Assembly: GCA_003707115.1 (NCBI GenBank) | Contig: PPNB01000002.1 | Span: 1 to 64,000 of the forward strand | Reading direction: 5' to 3' | Length of the DNA: 64,000 nt | DNA from: Tortispora ganteri | Lineage: Eukaryota | Shown here: one piece after another, positions 1 to 9,088 of the stretch | Numbering within the stretch: the stretch's first letter is position 1 | Layout of the letters: every line of letters begins with the position of its first letter | The notes under the pieces: generated by a model | Told to the model about the DNA's origin: nothing | What the model saw: only the letters and a program-made list of their open reading frames with translations | The model's database searches: none | Made by a program: the position numbers and the translations under genes

Positions 1-561
<561 letters not shown>

Positions 562-696
562 GTTTGTTAATCTGTAGTAATTGTTGGAGTGTGAAACTGC
601 AGCATGAGACACACAGAGAATTAGATGTTGAATAATGGAGACTCGTTGCTATGCGGGAGACAAGTATTTTTGTTCCCTATACACCCGATCAAAAAC

Positions 697-744
697 CCAC
701 CAATCGAGAAACCACCAATCAAGAAACCAACAATCGAGAAACCA
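697..744 (+). repeat. Three tandem 15-nt repeats (CCA[C/A]CAATC[G/A]AGAAA) directly upstream of ATG 747
   Basis: ccaccaatcgagaaa/ccaccaatcaagaaa/ccaacaatcgagaaa read directly. Confidence 0.9.
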
Positions 745-746
745 AA

Positions 747-1042
747 ATGGGTCTATTATCATACGTGCTCGGATACTCGCTAGCAGGTAAGTGCATATTT
801 ATTCAATTTGAGAGGAGATCTGATCTAACAATGTAGGCGCTGGCGCTCGTGCACTTCAGCTTGGTATAATGCAGAGACCTTACTATTACAAACCCTCTGG
901 GTACTTTATAAGTGCTGGCGTCTGGGGCACCATGGCGTATTTTCTGTACACCAAAGTTGTGCAGCCGGAAGAGATTGCTTTGAAGCTACGTCAAAAGGAG
1001 CTGCTTGAATCACGCTCTGCTCGTGCAGCATCACATAACTAA
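747..1042 (+). CDS. 81-aa mitochondrial complex I accessory subunit (NDUFC2/B14.5b, fungal 14 kDa subunit-like); exons 747-786 and 837-1042
   Basis: Intron 787-836 (GTAAGT...TCTAAC-AATGTAG). Spliced product is MGLLSYVLGYSLAGAGARALQLGIMQRPYYYKPSGYFISAGVWGTMAYFLYTKVVQPEEIALKLRQKELLESRSARAASHN. The R-x-x-QLG-x-x-x-RP motif and two hydrophobic segments recall fungal NDUFC2. Confidence 0.8.
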
Positions 1043-1167
1043 TAGAATGAAGACGATCCTTATATAGATTCGTTTTTGTAGCCGTAAAGGGATCCCCCCA
1101 AGAAGAATTGATTCTCCCAAGAGAGCCCTCCTCCTCTAGGTGGGAAACCCTTCGAGGACCAACAACT

Positions 1168-3108
1168 ATGAGCCCAAAGGCTCGAATCAAGAAGAAAAAG
1201 CTGAAACCGCTCAATTTTATAGACCAAAAAAATGATCTGCCTATAACTAAAGTGAAATCGTCAATAATAGATGCAGTGAAGACACATCAGATTACAATTA
1301 TCGTCGGTGAGACCGGTAGTGGTAAATCTACGCAGATCGCACAATTTTTGCTAAAATCAATCGGAAATGCTTCTGTAGCCGTCACGCAGCCTCGAAGAGT
1401 CGCAGCGATAAGCTTAGCTAACAGAGTATCTCAGGAGATGGGTCTTAAAACTGGATCTGTTGTCGGCTTCTCTGTGAGGTTCCAGCAGTCTGTCTCTAAA
1501 CTCACTAAGATAAAATACCTTACCGATGGTATGCTATTGCGGGAGTCTTTACTCTCTCCAAATCTTGATTCTTACAATATAATTATTTTAGATGAAGCGC
1601 ATGAACGTACTGTTACCGCCGATATGCTGATGGGATTTATAAAATCTGTAGTCAAGCGTCGACCTGATCTCAAAATAGTCGTTATGTCAGCTACATTAAA
1701 CGTCGCTTTGTTCAGGGACTTTTTTCATACAGACAACATCCTTTACGTGCGTGGAAAATCCTTTCCAGTCCAAATTTTTTATTTGTCTAAACCTGTTGAC
1801 GATATTGTGGATGCCTGCGCCCGTGCGATCATGCAGATTCATTCTGAACAGCCTCTAGGCGACATCCTTGCCTTCCTTCCAGGCCAGGAAGAAGTTGATC
1901 GCTGCATTTCTATTATAAATGACGTGGCTCCGACGCTACCACCTACAACTCCCGCCCTAATTTCCTATCCGCTATATGCGGCCTTATCGATGGACGAACA
2001 ACAGGCCGTATTCACACGCACTCCTTCGAACACGCGCAAGGTAATTGTGGCAACTAACATCGCAGAAACATCTCTAACAATCCCTGGTGTCAGATACGTT
2101 GTCGACAGTGGAGTGCAAAAAGTGAAAGTATGGAAATCTGATCTCGGACTAGACACTTTATTGACTGCCACAATAGCAAAGGCCAACGCCATTCAGCGAG
2201 CCGGACGAGCCGGCCGTGAATCACCTGGAAAATGCTATAGATTGTATTCTGAGTCAGAATTTCGCAAAATGAAAGGGGAGCTACCACCAGAGATTCTGCG
2301 TTACGATGTCACTGGCCCCATTTTGACACTGAAACTTTCAGGTGTAAATGATATCATCGATTGGCATTGGCTAGAGCGGCCTGAAAAGGGCGCCATTCTT
2401 GCAGCGCTACAGCGGTTATATATCTTGGGAGCATTAGATGATGCTGGAAATATCACAGAATTTGGGCGAAAAATGGCCGTAATGCCGCTGCCTCCTGTAT
2501 TTAGCGCCATACTGCTGCATGCGGTGGACTTAGAAGTTTTGGACACAGTCATTGATATTATCAGCTGTATGTCTGTGGACAACTTGCTGATTAACCCACC
2601 GACATCAAAAAGGGAAGAAATCACCGAGAAAAGGCAATCTGTGTTCACTGTTGGCCCGAAACATGGAGATCTCGCGGTGTTGAAGCAAATGATAGACTTG
2701 TACAGAGAAATGAATTCGTCTTCTGAGCGCAAAGCATGGTGTTCAGAGCTGTACATTAACTACCGCGGAATGAAAAATGTGCAGAAGGTACGGGACCAGA
2801 TTATTCGGTACCTCGGAATAGAGGTCACATCAGATAATGGAGACATGGAGTTAGTGCTGAAATGTTTCTTGAAAGGTCTTGTGCACAACACGGCACTACT
2901 ACTTCCAGACAGATCATATACCACTGTACTTGGGGGTCAAAAAATATCTATTCATCCATCTTCTTTTATGTTTGGCGGCAAAAGTGAGGCTATTATGTTC
3001 GCGGATTACGTGTTCACGACTAAACCGTACGCTCGTATGGTTAGCCCCATCGAGCTGTCTTGGATCCAAGAAGCGTCGCCACATGCACTGGCAAGAAGGT
3101 CAGCTTAG
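1168..3108 (+). CDS. DHR2: DEAH-box RNA helicase Dhr2 (DHX33-like), 18S rRNA biogenesis
   Basis: GETGSGKST, TQPRRVAA, DEAH, SAT and QRAGRAGR motifs; short N-terminus; first ATG at 1168. Confidence 0.85.
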   Translation: MSPKARIKKKKLKPLNFIDQKNDLPITKVKSSIIDAVKTHQITIIVGETGSGKSTQIAQFLLKSIGNASVAVTQPRRVAAISLANRVSQEMGLKTGSVVGFSVRFQQSVSKLTKIKYLTDGMLLRESLLSPNLDSYNIIILDEAHERTVTADMLMGFIKSVVKRRPDLKIVVMSATLNVALFRDFFHTDNILYVRGKSFPVQIFYLSKPVDDIVDACARAIMQIHSEQPLGDILAFLPGQEEVDRCISIINDVAPTLPPTTPALISYPLYAALSMDEQQAVFTRTPSNTRKVIVATNIAETSLTIPGVRYVVDSGVQKVKVWKSDLGLDTLLTATIAKANAIQRAGRAGRESPGKCYRLYSESEFRKMKGELPPEILRYDVTGPILTLKLSGVNDIIDWHWLERPEKGAILAALQRLYILGALDDAGNITEFGRKMAVMPLPPVFSAILLHAVDLEVLDTVIDIISCMSVDNLLINPPTSKREEITEKRQSVFTVGPKHGDLAVLKQMIDLYREMNSSSERKAWCSELYINYRGMKNVQKVRDQIIRYLGIEVTSDNGDMELVLKCFLKGLVHNTALLLPDRSYTTVLGGQKISIHPSSFMFGGKSEAIMFADYVFTTKPYARMVSPIELSWIQEASPHALARRSA

Positions 3109-3548
3109 TATACCTTCATGCATCTCATTTCTTTATGGACATCTGCACACGATAACGAGCAATAAGGCGCTGAACATTTAGAACATGTAATATTGGTAAC
3201 TTGACCACATATGCTGCACACTTTTCTAGTAGGGTATTTTGATTGCTTTACGGCTGCAGCCTTATAACGAGCAGCACCTTCATCTTCATCTAGCCAGTTC
3301 GCCAACGTCTTTTTCGACCCCAAAATTTTTCTGACCGTTGCAGTCTTTCTGTTTCTTTTAAATGCAGGATCATTCGGCAGCGGTTCAATCCGTACTGAAT
3401 CATGGTAGTTGTCCCGTTCGAGTTCATTCAAAGTCCTCACAACAGCTTGAGCAGTTATAGATGGGTCTACAGACTTTTTGACACCTTTCTGCTTAGCAGA
3501 TTGTCCCGGTTTCCGTTTGATCGTGGGGATCTCTTGTACAAATGGCAT
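3105..3548 (-). CDS. VPS71: SWR1 complex subunit Vps71/Swc6 (zf-HIT)
   Basis: LNELERDNY motif, RKILGSKKTL, C-terminal CSICG...CSKC...YCSLSC...HKEMRC HIT finger. Confidence 0.9.
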   Translation of the reverse strand: MPFVQEIPTIKRKPGQSAKQKGVKKSVDPSITAQAVVRTLNELERDNYHDSVRIEPLPNDPAFKRNRKTATVRKILGSKKTLANWLDEDEGAARYKAAAVKQSKYPTRKVCSICGQVTNITCSKCSAPYCSLSCADVHKEMRCMKVY

Positions 3549-3687
3549 TATCTATTGCGAAGTCGATAACATTAGTAGTACTCAGTAGAGTAACACGTTC
3601 CATAGCAACGGTAACACCAGCTAGTCGTGTCACGCCGCTCGTGTTTACCTGACTTGGTCCAAACCCAGCAGTAAACAAACCTGCTGA

Positions 3688-6600
3688 ATGGAAATATCAT
3701 CAATGTCTGCAAAAAGACCGAGAAATAACTTGAATAAGTATTTAAAGGGAATACCTGTGAACAATGTGTCATCACTTACCGAATCTGAACGTAACACGAT
3801 CAAAAAGTTGCACAGTATTGTTGATTCCGGTGCTTGTATCACAGGCTCAGTCAACCAGTTGATTTCGCATGCTGCCTCGAATCAAACTCTCAATGTTCTT
3901 CAGAGCACTTCGAGTGCTTTGAAAAACGACTATATAGATGAAATCAGTGATGAGATTTCTTCAGATATGTTAGATGCGCCTCCTCCTGAGCCAGTCCAAT
4001 CATCGCTTCCCCACATATCTCTGGAAGACTGCAATGACTTCCCGATGCCGCCTGATATGCTCTCAACCGATCCATGTTCATCCTCCAAGAGTATAAACAG
4101 CATAAACACACATACAAGCACTACAAGCTCCATAGAAGAGGACCTAGATCACTTGTTAGAACTTGCCTCTCTTTACAGATCGTGCTTCCCTACACTCAGC
4201 AAACACAATCTATCCAGATATGCCATCGATAGAATTGAAAACCTATGGAAAACACTTGAAAATAAGGGTATAACACCTTTGGAATGCAATTTACATTCCA
4301 CTGCCACGCAAGAGACATGTACAACAGCATCGATCGCTTCTCCGCCGCCTAGTTTCACGGACCTTCCTCTAGATGCCACTGAATGCTATTTTCAGCCTAA
4401 TTCTCATTCATTTGTTTGTGACAATATACTATCTTCACCCGAAGGAAATGATGAGGGCTATAATAACCAAGATTTTGGAGTTAATGTTAACAATTCAATT
4501 GAAATAAACGACGATTCGATTATCGAAACTTCACCTACCAATTTCTCTGATGTCATAGGCGTTCATTCTCCATCTCCTCAAATCAACGGCCACTTGAATT
4601 CTCATTGCTACGACGAATGTTTGCAAGATGAAATGAACCCTGATACCGAGATTATCGAAGAAGTCGTACAGTCTCAGAAGCCCGCAATTGTTTCGTTGGA
4701 AAATATTGGCACCGAAATGAGGTACAAGTGGTCAGCAGACGTGCAGAATGCACTGCGCAACAGGTTTAACCTTGAAGGATTTCGTCCTTGTCAGTTGGAA
4801 GCAATCAATGCTACTTTGAAAGGACTAGATACTTTTGTATTAATGCCTACTGGAGGCGGCAAATCATTATGTTATCAGCTACCCGCATTAGTCTCATCGG
4901 GAAACACTAAAGGCACTACAATAGTGGTTTCTCCGCTAATATCACTAATGCAAGACCAAGTTATGCATTTACAGAAAAAGAACATCAAAGCTCAAAAAAT
5001 TAACTCTACTCTATCTCCTGAAGAGAAGAATGCGATTATGCGCGTATTAGCTAACGGGGAACTCGAACTTCTTTATGTTTCCCCGGAAATGATTAACGCA
5101 AGTTATCAACTTGGCGCTGCTTTAAATCAATTGCATTCAAATAAAATGCTTTCACGATTTGTGGTTGATGAAGCACATTGTGTCAGTTCCTGGGGTCACG
5201 ATTTTCGACCAGATTATAAAACACTTTCTATTTTTCGAGAACAGTATCCTGGAATACCTATCATGGCTTTGACAGCCACAGCAAACAACAGAGTTCAGTC
5301 TGACATCATGCATAATCTAAAACTGAATGACCCTGTTGTGGTGAAGCAAAGCTTCAATAGGCCAAATCTGTTTTATGAGGTGCGTCCGAAGAAAAATACC
5401 ATGATTAAAGAAATGCAGCAGATAATCACTTCTCAATATAGGAATGCGTCAGGAATAGTGTACTGTTTTTCAAAAATGGCCTGCGAAGATGTTGCCAAAT
5501 CTTTGAGTGATTTAGGAATTAGTGCGCATGCTTATCATGCGGGGATGAATGCAGAAACTCGTGCAAGAGTTCAAGAGATGTGGCAGACAGGAAAATATCA
5601 AGTAGTTTGCGCAACTATAGCATTTGGTATGGGGATTGATAAGCCTGATGTTCGATTTGTAATACATCAAACTTTGCCAAAAAACCTGGAAGGCTACTAT
5701 CAAGAAACTGGAAGAGCCGGCCGTGATGGATTGCCATCGCGCTGTATTCTTTTTTATTCCTATCAAGATATTGGTAAAATCAGGTACCTTATTACCAGCC
5801 AGAAAGACTCAACGCGTGAATTGAAGGATACCCAATTGGAGTTTCTGAGATACGTTCTTTCTTATTGTGAAAACTCGACAGATTGTCGCCGGCGCCAAGT
5901 ATTACAATATTTTAATGAATCTTTCGATGCTCAAGATTGTGGCAAGCAATGTGATAATTGTGTGAAAGGGACGGTGAATAACTCAGCGAAGGTGAATGTC
6001 ACTACTATTGCGAAGAAAATAGTTCAGTTATCGCTTTCCTTACGTGGCCAACCTGTTACAATGGTGACTCTTATAGACATCTTTATGGGTTCCCGAAGTG
6101 CTAATATGATTAAATTTGGCTTTCATCGCATACTAGGTTATGGAATTGGCATCCAATTAAAGCTTGGTAAGTCCGAAATCGAGCGCCTATTTCATAGTCT
6201 AGTTGCTCAAGATATTTTGAGAGAGTATAGTAAAGTGAATCGTGGTGGATTTGCTAATTCTTATGTGACTACTACTAAATACGCCGACGAAGTGGTTGCT
6301 GGAACGCGGTTGGTTTCTTTTATGGTACCAAAAGACTTATTGAAGAGTTATATCGATGCAGGATGCTCTACGTTTGGCAAAGATAACACCTTGAAGGCGA
6401 CTGTATCCAGCAGGGTAGCAAACTTGGCGTATAATGCTGATTTACCTCCGCGAAAGGCATTGAACAAGAGCATGGGAACTCAAAGTAAGACTAATATGGA
6501 AGGGATTGCAGTGTTTAAGGAGTACGCGCGTTCCGAACTGAACGACTTGCGCAAAGAAATTGGGGAACGTACTGGAGTGCATGATCTAGAGAGCATAGTG

Positions 6601-7134
6601 AGTTTGAAATCTCTGGATGACATTGTGAAAAGTTTGCCGCAATCAGAGAAGCAATTCAGAAGCATTCGAGGTATCAGCGAGGAGCAATGTACACAATACT
6701 ATAATAGCTTTGCGCCTGTTTTGCGACGATTGAAAGATGATCTTCGGCGCAACATGGGCGAGATGTCTGCTTATGGCCCCGAAGCGTCGAATGATCTGGA
6801 TGACTTTGAAGATTTTGATGATATGGACGATCTTGAATCTCGTGATTTTATGAACAGCCTTGTCAGTGCTAGCAATATGTCAAGCCTTTCCAACACATCG
6901 CAGGCTACAACTACGCTACGGCAAACCACCGAAGAGTCAAGCTATTCAGGTTTTGCGAGTTCAGGGGAGAAAGTGGATATCACAGCGTCTCCTATAAGAA
7001 GAAATTCCAAGAATAGTGCTGGGGGCAAGAAATTTGCTCTGCACGGATATAAAAGATCTAATACGGCGAGAGGTCAGGGCCCAGGAGATCTTGGGAAACG
7101 ACCACGCATTTCTAACATGAAGATGCTGTTCTAG
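3688..7134 (+). CDS. SGS1: RecQ DNA helicase Sgs1
   Basis: MPTGGGKSLCYQLP, DEAHCVSSWGHDFRPDY, YYQETGRAGRDG, RQC Zn site (CRR...CDNC), winged helix and HRDC-like region. The start could instead be 3703. Confidence 0.95.
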   Translation: MEISSMSAKRPRNNLNKYLKGIPVNNVSSLTESERNTIKKLHSIVDSGACITGSVNQLISHAASNQTLNVLQSTSSALKNDYIDEISDEISSDMLDAPPPEPVQSSLPHISLEDCNDFPMPPDMLSTDPCSSSKSINSINTHTSTTSSIEEDLDHLLELASLYRSCFPTLSKHNLSRYAIDRIENLWKTLENKGITPLECNLHSTATQETCTTASIASPPPSFTDLPLDATECYFQPNSHSFVCDNILSSPEGNDEGYNNQDFGVNVNNSIEINDDSIIETSPTNFSDVIGVHSPSPQINGHLNSHCYDECLQDEMNPDTEIIEEVVQSQKPAIVSLENIGTEMRYKWSADVQNALRNRFNLEGFRPCQLEAINATLKGLDTFVLMPTGGGKSLCYQLPALVSSGNTKGTTIVVSPLISLMQDQVMHLQKKNIKAQKINSTLSPEEKNAIMRVLANGELELLYVSPEMINASYQLGAALNQLHSNKMLSRFVVDEAHCVSSWGHDFRPDYKTLSIFREQYPGIPIMALTATANNRVQSDIMHNLKLNDPVVVKQSFNRPNLFYEVRPKKNTMIKEMQQIITSQYRNASGIVYCFSKMACEDVAKSLSDLGISAHAYHAGMNAETRARVQEMWQTGKYQVVCATIAFGMGIDKPDVRFVIHQTLPKNLEGYYQETGRAGRDGLPSRCILFYSYQDIGKIRYLITSQKDSTRELKDTQLEFLRYVLSYCENSTDCRRRQVLQYFNESFDAQDCGKQCDNCVKGTVNNSAKVNVTTIAKKIVQLSLSLRGQPVTMVTLIDIFMGSRSANMIKFGFHRILGYGIGIQLKLGKSEIERLFHSLVAQDILREYSKVNRGGFANSYVTTTKYADEVVAGTRLVSFMVPKDLLKSYIDAGCSTFGKDNTLKATVSSRVANLAYNADLPPRKALNKSMGTQSKTNMEGIAVFKEYARSELNDLRKEIGERTGVHDLESIVSLKSLDDIVKSLPQSEKQFRSIRGISEEQCTQYYNSFAPVLRRLKDDLRRNMGEMSAYGPEASNDLDDFEDFDDMDDLESRDFMNSLVSASNMSSLSNTSQATTTLRQTTEESSYSGFASSGEKVDITASPIRRNSKNSAGGKKFALHGYKRSNTARGQGPGDLGKRPRISNMKMLF

Positions 7135-7165
7135 GGATTTTTGGCATTGTGTATCAGAGGGTCGT

Positions 7166-7423
7166 CTATTTTTCTTTTTTATTATTGTCATTAATGGATG
7201 CAGCAGTTGAGGCTTCTAGTTCCTTGATAAACCAGGAAACGCTGGCCCACAGAGCGCTTGCTATAAGGAAAAGTGCAAGGAAGTGGTAATTCCAGGTGTA
7301 CAAGAATAAACTAGAGAGGGTCAGGAGCAATAATGCACAAGTTATGTGGGTAGCGGCTATCAATACGGGAGTAACACCAGGTGTGGAAATAGAATCCCAT
7401 AATTGTACAAATACATTAGACAT
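7166..7423 (-). CDS. PKR1: V-ATPase assembly factor Pkr1 (85 aa)
   Basis: MSNVFVQLWDSISTPGVTPVL...NYHFLAL...LWASVSWFIKEL matches the Pkr1 pattern; ATG at 7423. Confidence 0.88.
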   Translation of the reverse strand: MSNVFVQLWDSISTPGVTPVLIAATHITCALLLLTLSSLFLYTWNYHFLALFLIASALWASVSWFIKELEASTAASINDNNKKEK

Positions 7424-7580
7424 TATTGATGAATGCGAAAAAGAGGGAAGAGAGGGAAAGGGAGAGAGTGTGTGGAAGTAGGAGGGGTGGGGGGATGGTT
7501 GGTGGGACAAACCGCAGGAAAAGATTAGGCTCGTAGAGCGGAGGGCTTTTATCGTTATTGTCAACGATCGCCAATGCATA

Positions 7581-8996
7581 TTAAAATACCGCACCGTCCT
7601 GAATAAACAATCGTTTTTCATGCGCATATATCCAAGAAACCAATTGATTGAGACTTTTCGTCAGGGCGGATCGTTTGACATAGGGGCCCGCGATACAGTA
7701 GACTTCGAATTCGTTAGTGACCCATACCATTGCCGACACGGATTTATTCACTGCATGAAGCGATCTGAAACTGGAATAAGGTCCGTGAATTAAAGAGTGC
7801 AAGTGTCTGTATACAGACATTAACTGAGAGGCGTCGGATTCGGAATGAAAATAAGGCGGGTAGTCTGGCATAGTAAATTGGACAAGTTTTCTTGATTTAA
7901 ACAAGAAGTGACGTATTGGGGCAGCATTTAAATGCGAGAGAAAGTTTCTGCCATTTTTCATAGATTCTTCTATCGGGTGTATAGAGTCAGTTGAATGCAT
8001 TTTGTCGAGAATAGTGTTTTTGGCTTCCTTCAGGCTGAAGAAAGAGTGACGGTCTGCTGATATGAGAACCAAAGCGATACCAGGCTGGAAGAAGTGAATG
8101 TAGGCGTACAAGAAACCTTTAGAGTTAAATTTTGGAAGGCAAATCGGTACCCAGTGTTCTTCGCCATTCTGAAACACCGATGTGTGGAAGAGCATTGAAA
8201 AAAGGAGTTGGAGATCTGGTGGATGCAAGCTTTCACGACGAGGTCTAGCAATAGCGACTAACCTGCTGTCTGCAACTATGAGGCCATATAGCATTGAAGG
8301 AACACGACCTTTGAGGAGACAGTCGGCGATCTTCATTCTGGCATGCTGTGTGAGATAGAGGCATTCGAGGGCTCCTAGTAGAATTGGAGGTGATCCAAGA
8401 GCCATTGATTTTGACAAGGCCGAGAGGAAGACGTCAGTACCACTGAGTAGCTTACGTAGATCAAAATTTTGACGGTTCTGGAATGCTTTCAGAAGCTGAG
8501 GGCTTGTAAGGGTGGAGAGAATTTGCGTGTGAAGGATGTCTAGCTGTGATTGGAGTTGCAATTCCGATTCACCTAATTTAGAGGCAGCAGCATAAATTAA
8601 AGTATCTTTCTGTTCAATTACGAACAGTATATTTGAAGATTTGAATGATTTTAGCCTTGTTGAGCTGTTTGGATCGTTAAAGTAGTTGACGAATGCCTGT
8701 ATTACGGCAGTATAAGAAGTCACGAGTTCATCAGAGCCATAAAGAGAGAATATAGGTTTTCCTGCGGCGCTGAGAATAAAAAATTGTTTGTTTTTCTGTA
8801 GGAATAAATCAATTGGCTCTTTAATATCTGATGCCGGATCAACAGGCATTGATATGAAGTGTGTGTCACCAACAGAGGTATCTATACTTAAAGTCGGTGA
8901 TCCTACAGACTCATCAATTGTAGAAGTAGTTGCACCTGTTATTGACCGTGATGGCTTAACATAGTCGTCATGGATATCTGGTATGTTTTCCGACAT
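7581..8996 (-). CDS. MON1: Vacuolar fusion protein Mon1 (Mon1-Ccz1 GEF)
   Basis: KQFFILSAAGKPIFS, NFDLRKLL, LHPPDLQLL and EHWVPICLPKFN motifs; start uncertain (8996 or 9044). Confidence 0.93.
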   Translation of the reverse strand: MSENIPDIHDDYVKPSRSITGATTSTIDESVGSPTLSIDTSVGDTHFISMPVDPASDIKEPIDLFLQKNKQFFILSAAGKPIFSLYGSDELVTSYTAVIQAFVNYFNDPNSSTRLKSFKSSNILFVIEQKDTLIYAAASKLGESELQLQSQLDILHTQILSTLTSPQLLKAFQNRQNFDLRKLLSGTDVFLSALSKSMALGSPPILLGALECLYLTQHARMKIADCLLKGRVPSMLYGLIVADSRLVAIARPRRESLHPPDLQLLFSMLFHTSVFQNGEEHWVPICLPKFNSKGFLYAYIHFFQPGIALVLISADRHSFFSLKEAKNTILDKMHSTDSIHPIEESMKNGRNFLSHLNAAPIRHFLFKSRKLVQFTMPDYPPYFHSESDASQLMSVYRHLHSLIHGPYSSFRSLHAVNKSVSAMVWVTNEFEVYCIAGPYVKRSALTKSLNQLVSWIYAHEKRLFIQDGAVF

Positions 8997-9088
8997 ATTA
9001 TGTAGATGTTGGTAGAGGTTGACTTGGCAAGGGTTCTTTCCCATATTTGTAGCTACAACTTTACCCAAAAACAACAACACCAATCAAG

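Noticed and set aside
651..1214. Track ORFs 651-836 (+) and 906-1214 (-)
   Set aside because: Explained by exon 1/intron read-through and the antisense of the spliced 747-1042 gene
7424..7627. 68-aa N-terminal extension of PKR1 in the ORF track
   Set aside because: Overlaps the MON1 3' end and a low-complexity CT tract; family similarity begins at ATG 7423
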